This document shows, in pieces, positions 60,579-64,000 of a stretch of 64,000 nucleotides of DNA (positions within the stretch are counted from its first letter, which is position 1; each line of letters begins with the position of its first letter). Below the pieces are notes generated by a model that did no database searches, had not been told where the DNA came from, and saw only the letters and a program-made list of their open reading frames with translations. The DNA lies in contig CAXXGO010000006.1 in NCBI GenBank assembly GCA_963666835.2, positions 1,888,001 through 1,952,000 on the forward strand. Reading direction: 5' to 3'. This DNA comes from Phycisphaerae bacterium. GTDB taxonomy: Bacteria; Planctomycetota; Phycisphaerae; UBA1845. The translations under genes were made by a program, and so were the position numbers.

Positions 60579-62684
60579 ATGTTGACCGGGCGGCCCTATC
60601 CGTTAGGGGCGGTTTGGGATGGCGAGGGCGTCAATTTCGCTCTCTTTTCCCAGCACGCTACGTCGGTAGAGCTGTGCCTCTTTGAGTCGCCGGCGGATTG
60701 TGCCGGGATTGCGCGGTATCGGCTACCCGCGCGGACGAACCACGTCTGGCACGGGTTTCTGCCCGGTGCGGGCCCGGGGCTGCTGTACGGCTATCGGGTC
60801 CACGGCCCTTACAGCCCTCACGAGGGGCACCGGTTCAATCCGAACAAGCTGTTAATCGACCCGTACGCTCGGGCGCTCAGCGGGAACGTGGGCTGGGATG
60901 ACGCCGTGCACGGTTATATCCGAGGCGATCCTAGCGCAGACCTGAGTTTTGATACTCGAGATAGCGCGGCATTGGTACCTAAGGGCATCGTTATAGATCC
61001 AGCCTTCGACTGGGACGACGATCGGGCGCCACGCACGGCGTTGTCGGACACCGTGATCTACGAGTGCCACGTGAAGGGGCTAACGGCTCGTCACCCGGAC
61101 ATCCCCGGTAACCAGCGCGGGACGTACCTAGCCGTGGCATCCGACCCGATCATCGCCCATCTGCAGGGGTTGGGGATTACTGCGGTCGAGCTGCTGCCGG
61201 TTCACCATGCCCTGGACGATTTACCCCTGGTCGAGCGTGGGCTGGTGAACTACTGGGGTTACAGCACGATAGGATTCTTCGCTCCGTATTCGCGATACGC
61301 CACGGGTTCGTTGGGGCAACAGGTGGTCGAATTCAAGTCGATGGTCAAAGGCCTTCACCGGGCGGGGATTGAGGTGATTCTGGATGTGGTCTACAACCAC
61401 ACCGGGGAGGGCGATCAGGCCGGACCGACCCTGTCATTCCGCGGAATCGACAATGCCGTTTACTACCGGATCCGGGCTCATGAACGGAGGTACTACGAGG
61501 ACTTCTCCGGTTGTGGAAATAGTCTCAGTGTAAGGCATCCGCGGGTACTCCAACTGGTCATGGACAGCCTGAGGTACTGGGTGGAGGAGATGCACGTCGA
61601 CGGATTCCGATTCGACCTGGCTACGACTCTTGGTCGCGGAGACATGGGCTTCGACCGTTGGGGGGCTTTCTTCGCCGCGGTTCAGCAGGATCCGGTTCTG
61701 ACCAACGTCAAGTTGATCGCGGAGCCCTGGGATGTCGGCGACGGCGGCTATCAGGTTGGTAACTTCCCGATCGGGTGGTCGGAATGGAGCGACAAGTATC
61801 GCTCGTCGATTCGGGCATTCTGGCGCGGAGACCATGTTTCGGTAGGCGAGATGAGTCGCCGGCTTACCGGGAGCAGCGATCTCTACGAGCTAAGCGGGCG
61901 AGGCCCGTGCGCCGGAGTTAACTACGTTGCGTGCCACGACGGGTACACCCTGCATGACCTTACGTGTTATGAGCAGAAGCACAACGAGGCTAACGGGGAG
62001 GGAAACCGAGACGGTGACAACCACAATCTGTCGTGCAATTGGGGGGTGGAAGGGCCGACGGACGACGAGGTGATCACGGCTTGTCGGGAGAAAGCGAGGC
62101 GTAACCTGCTGGGGACTCTTGCTTTTTCGCTGGGGGTACCGATGATCGCGGCCGGAGATGAGTTGGGCCGCACGCAGTATGGCAACAATAACGCCTACTG
62201 CCAAATTGGGGACGAGTTCGCCGTCAACTGGGCGTTGACCTCGTCTCAACAGGAGTTGCTGGGTTTCGTTCGAGAGGTTCTGGCCCTGCGTCGCGAGCTG
62301 TCCGTCCTGCGGCGCGGAACGCATCTTACCGGGCAGCCGGGGTGTGCCGCCGGATTGCCTGATGTGAAGTGGCTCCGAGCCGACGGTAACGAGTTTACCC
62401 TGCGCGAGTGGCACGACGGCAAACGACGTTTTCTGGGGATGCTGCTCCATGAGCATCCCGAAGGTAATTCAGATGGTGGTGGGGCTGATCGGGCGATCCA
62501 GACCATCTACGTGATCCTCAACGGCGATGAGCGTTCGCACCGTTGTCGGTTGCCGGCTATCCCGGAGCCGGGAAGGTGGGTTTGGCGAGTTGATACTGCC
62601 CTGACGCATGAGGTGGGCGAACCGATTGGTGGGAAGACCCTCGAGATTTCCGGGCAGTCTTTGATACTCTTGCAGTACAAGTAG
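60579..62684 (+). CDS. glgX: Glycogen debranching enzyme
   Basis: GRPYPLGA..DG.GVNFA, NYWGY, DVVYNHT, DGFRFDLA, IAEPWD, HDGYTL, GNNNAYCQ; GTG at 60552 is an alternative start. Confidence 0.96.
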   Translation: MLTGRPYPLGAVWDGEGVNFALFSQHATSVELCLFESPADCAGIARYRLPARTNHVWHGFLPGAGPGLLYGYRVHGPYSPHEGHRFNPNKLLIDPYARALSGNVGWDDAVHGYIRGDPSADLSFDTRDSAALVPKGIVIDPAFDWDDDRAPRTALSDTVIYECHVKGLTARHPDIPGNQRGTYLAVASDPIIAHLQGLGITAVELLPVHHALDDLPLVERGLVNYWGYSTIGFFAPYSRYATGSLGQQVVEFKSMVKGLHRAGIEVILDVVYNHTGEGDQAGPTLSFRGIDNAVYYRIRAHERRYYEDFSGCGNSLSVRHPRVLQLVMDSLRYWVEEMHVDGFRFDLATTLGRGDMGFDRWGAFFAAVQQDPVLTNVKLIAEPWDVGDGGYQVGNFPIGWSEWSDKYRSSIRAFWRGDHVSVGEMSRRLTGSSDLYELSGRGPCAGVNYVACHDGYTLHDLTCYEQKHNEANGEGNRDGDNHNLSCNWGVEGPTDDEVITACREKARRNLLGTLAFSLGVPMIAAGDELGRTQYGNNNAYCQIGDEFAVNWALTSSQQELLGFVREVLALRRELSVLRRGTHLTGQPGCAAGLPDVKWLRADGNEFTLREWHDGKRRFLGMLLHEHPEGNSDGGGADRAIQTIYVILNGDERSHRCRLPAIPEPGRWVWRVDTALTHEVGEPIGGKTLEISGQSLILLQYK

Positions 62685-62689
62685 GTTCC

Positions 62690-64000
62690 ATGAAAACGAC
62701 AACGAAGAAAACGGCAAAGACTCCCGCTGCCGACGAAACTGCGGGAAACACGGAAACAAACGAAACCGTTGCGACGAACGGTAAGAACGTCGCAAAGAGC
62801 GCGTCCCGCAAGAAGTCTGCCAAGACCGCCACCGCAAAGAAACCGGCGGCGGCGAAGAAGCCGCGCGCCGTGAGTAAGAAAAAGGCCGCTGCTACCACGG
62901 ACACGGACAAGGACAAGGACGCGGCGACGGCCACGGTTGTGGTCGCGTCGACGGTTGCGGAAGAGAACCCGAGTCCTCCCGCAACGAAACCCCCGCGCCG
63001 CCGGCCGGCTTCTAAGAAGTCGGCCAAGTCACCTATCCCGATCGATGCATCGGAATGGGCTCGGTTGCGGGCGATGGATCATCCGGAGCCTCATCGGATT
63101 CTGGGAGCACATCCTGCGCATTTCGGCACGAAGGACGGCGTGGTTCTGCGGGCCTTCCACCCCGAGGCCGTGGGGGTTGACTGCCTTCTGGATGGGGGAG
63201 AGGTCGTGCCACTGGAGGCGGTCGAGGATGGCGGGTTGTTCGGGGTATTCATCGAGGGTGCTCGGTTTCCGCTTGCTTACCGGCTGAGTTTCAGGTTCGG
63301 CGACGGCAACAGTTGGGAGCGGGGTGATCCGTATCGTTTTCTGCCGACGATCGGGGAGATGGACACGCATTTGTTCAACTCCGGAGACCACCGACGGGTC
63401 TGGGAGAAGTTGGGGGCGCACTACCGGCGGATAGACGGGGTCCCCGGCGTGGCTTTCGGCGTTTGGGCGCCGAGTGCGCGGCGGGTCTCCGTAACGGGAG
63501 ACTTTTGCGGCTGGGATGGGCGCCTGTTCCCTATGCGTCAGCTCGGTAGCTCGGGAGTGTTCGAGCTTTTCGTGCCCGATGTCAAACCCGGTGCGTTGTA
63601 CAAATACGAAATAAAGACGACCGAGGGGGCGTTGCGGCTCAAGAGTGACCCGTACGCACAGTCCATGGAGGGGCCGCCGGGGAACGCGTCGCGTGTGGTG
63701 GACTCGTCGTACGTCTGGAGTGATGACGTATGGATGGGCGAGCGTGGGAATCGCGATCCGCACCGAGAACCGTTTGCCGCGTGTGAGATCCACTTAGGGT
63801 CGTGGGCGCGGGTGCCTGAGGAAGGGAACCGCCCGCTGACGTATCGGGAACTTGCTCCCCGCCTTGTCGAGCACGCCAAGCGCTTCGGGTACACGCATTT
63901 GGAGCTGCTTCCGGTGGCGGAACATCCTTTGGGGGCGTCCTGGGGCTATCAGGTTACCGGGTATTACGCTCCGACCTGGCGGTACGGTACGCCGGACGAC
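62690..64000 (+). CDS. glgB: 1,4-alpha-glucan branching enzyme with Lys/Ala-rich N-terminal extension; runs off the window edge
   Basis: Not in the ORF track. Manual translation gives MKTTTKKTAK...PHRILGAH...DPYRF...VWAPSARRVSVTGDF...EIHLGSW...THLELLPVAEHP...SWGYQVTGYYAP. Confidence 0.95.
   Translation, partial: MKTTTKKTAKTPAADETAGNTETNETVATNGKNVAKSASRKKSAKTATAKKPAAAKKPRAVSKKKAAATTDTDKDKDAATATVVVASTVAEENPSPPATKPPRRRPASKKSAKSPIPIDASEWARLRAMDHPEPHRILGAHPAHFGTKDGVVLRAFHPEAVGVDCLLDGGEVVPLEAVEDGGLFGVFIEGARFPLAYRLSFRFGDGNSWERGDPYRFLPTIGEMDTHLFNSGDHRRVWEKLGAHYRRIDGVPGVAFGVWAPSARRVSVTGDFCGWDGRLFPMRQLGSSGVFELFVPDVKPGALYKYEIKTTEGALRLKSDPYAQSMEGPPGNASRVVDSSYVWSDDVWMGERGNRDPHREPFAACEIHLGSWARVPEEGNRPLTYRELAPRLVEHAKRFGYTHLELLPVAEHPLGASWGYQVTGYYAPTWRYGTPDD

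Overview
GC-rich bacterial chromosomal segment, probably from a planctomycete (Phycisphaerae-like). This is inferred from protein motifs: a DxDGDVDLxDFAxFQ dockerin-like motif, a CxxCGYxLxG...CPECG Zn ribbon and a zf-HC2/Ser-Thr kinase/FGE fusion. The housekeeping backbone is trxB, ligA, tRNA-Phe(GAA), corA, a putative 6S RNA-rny-ymdB-tyrS block and glgP/glgX/glgB. Envelope genes include glycosyltransferases, a VanZ protein, a WcaJ-like transferase, MscS and two surface fibre-like proteins sharing an N-terminal domain. Five features stand out. (1) A complete 4,268-bp IS66-family element (34522-38789, 34-bp TIRs, 8-bp TSD GATAAGGC) splits a site-2 protease gene. It carries a DUF4338 (Mom/GNAT-like, DruA-like) gene between tnpB and tnpC, plus an unknown fifth ORF. 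(2) A tandem array of a 312-bp mosaic palindromic unit (5 full copies plus 1 deleted copy, 17521-19239) is built from GTAG-type REP-like hairpins. (3) Several REP-like families and larger dispersed palindromic elements occur in many intergenic gaps, with no RAYT transposase in the window. (4) An ABC-ATPase plus DUF4276/TOPRIM-like gene pair has a PARIS/AbiL-like layout. (5) A DacZ-type diadenylate cyclase and a secreted AMMECR1 fusion are present. All family calls come from motif reading only; no database searches were run.
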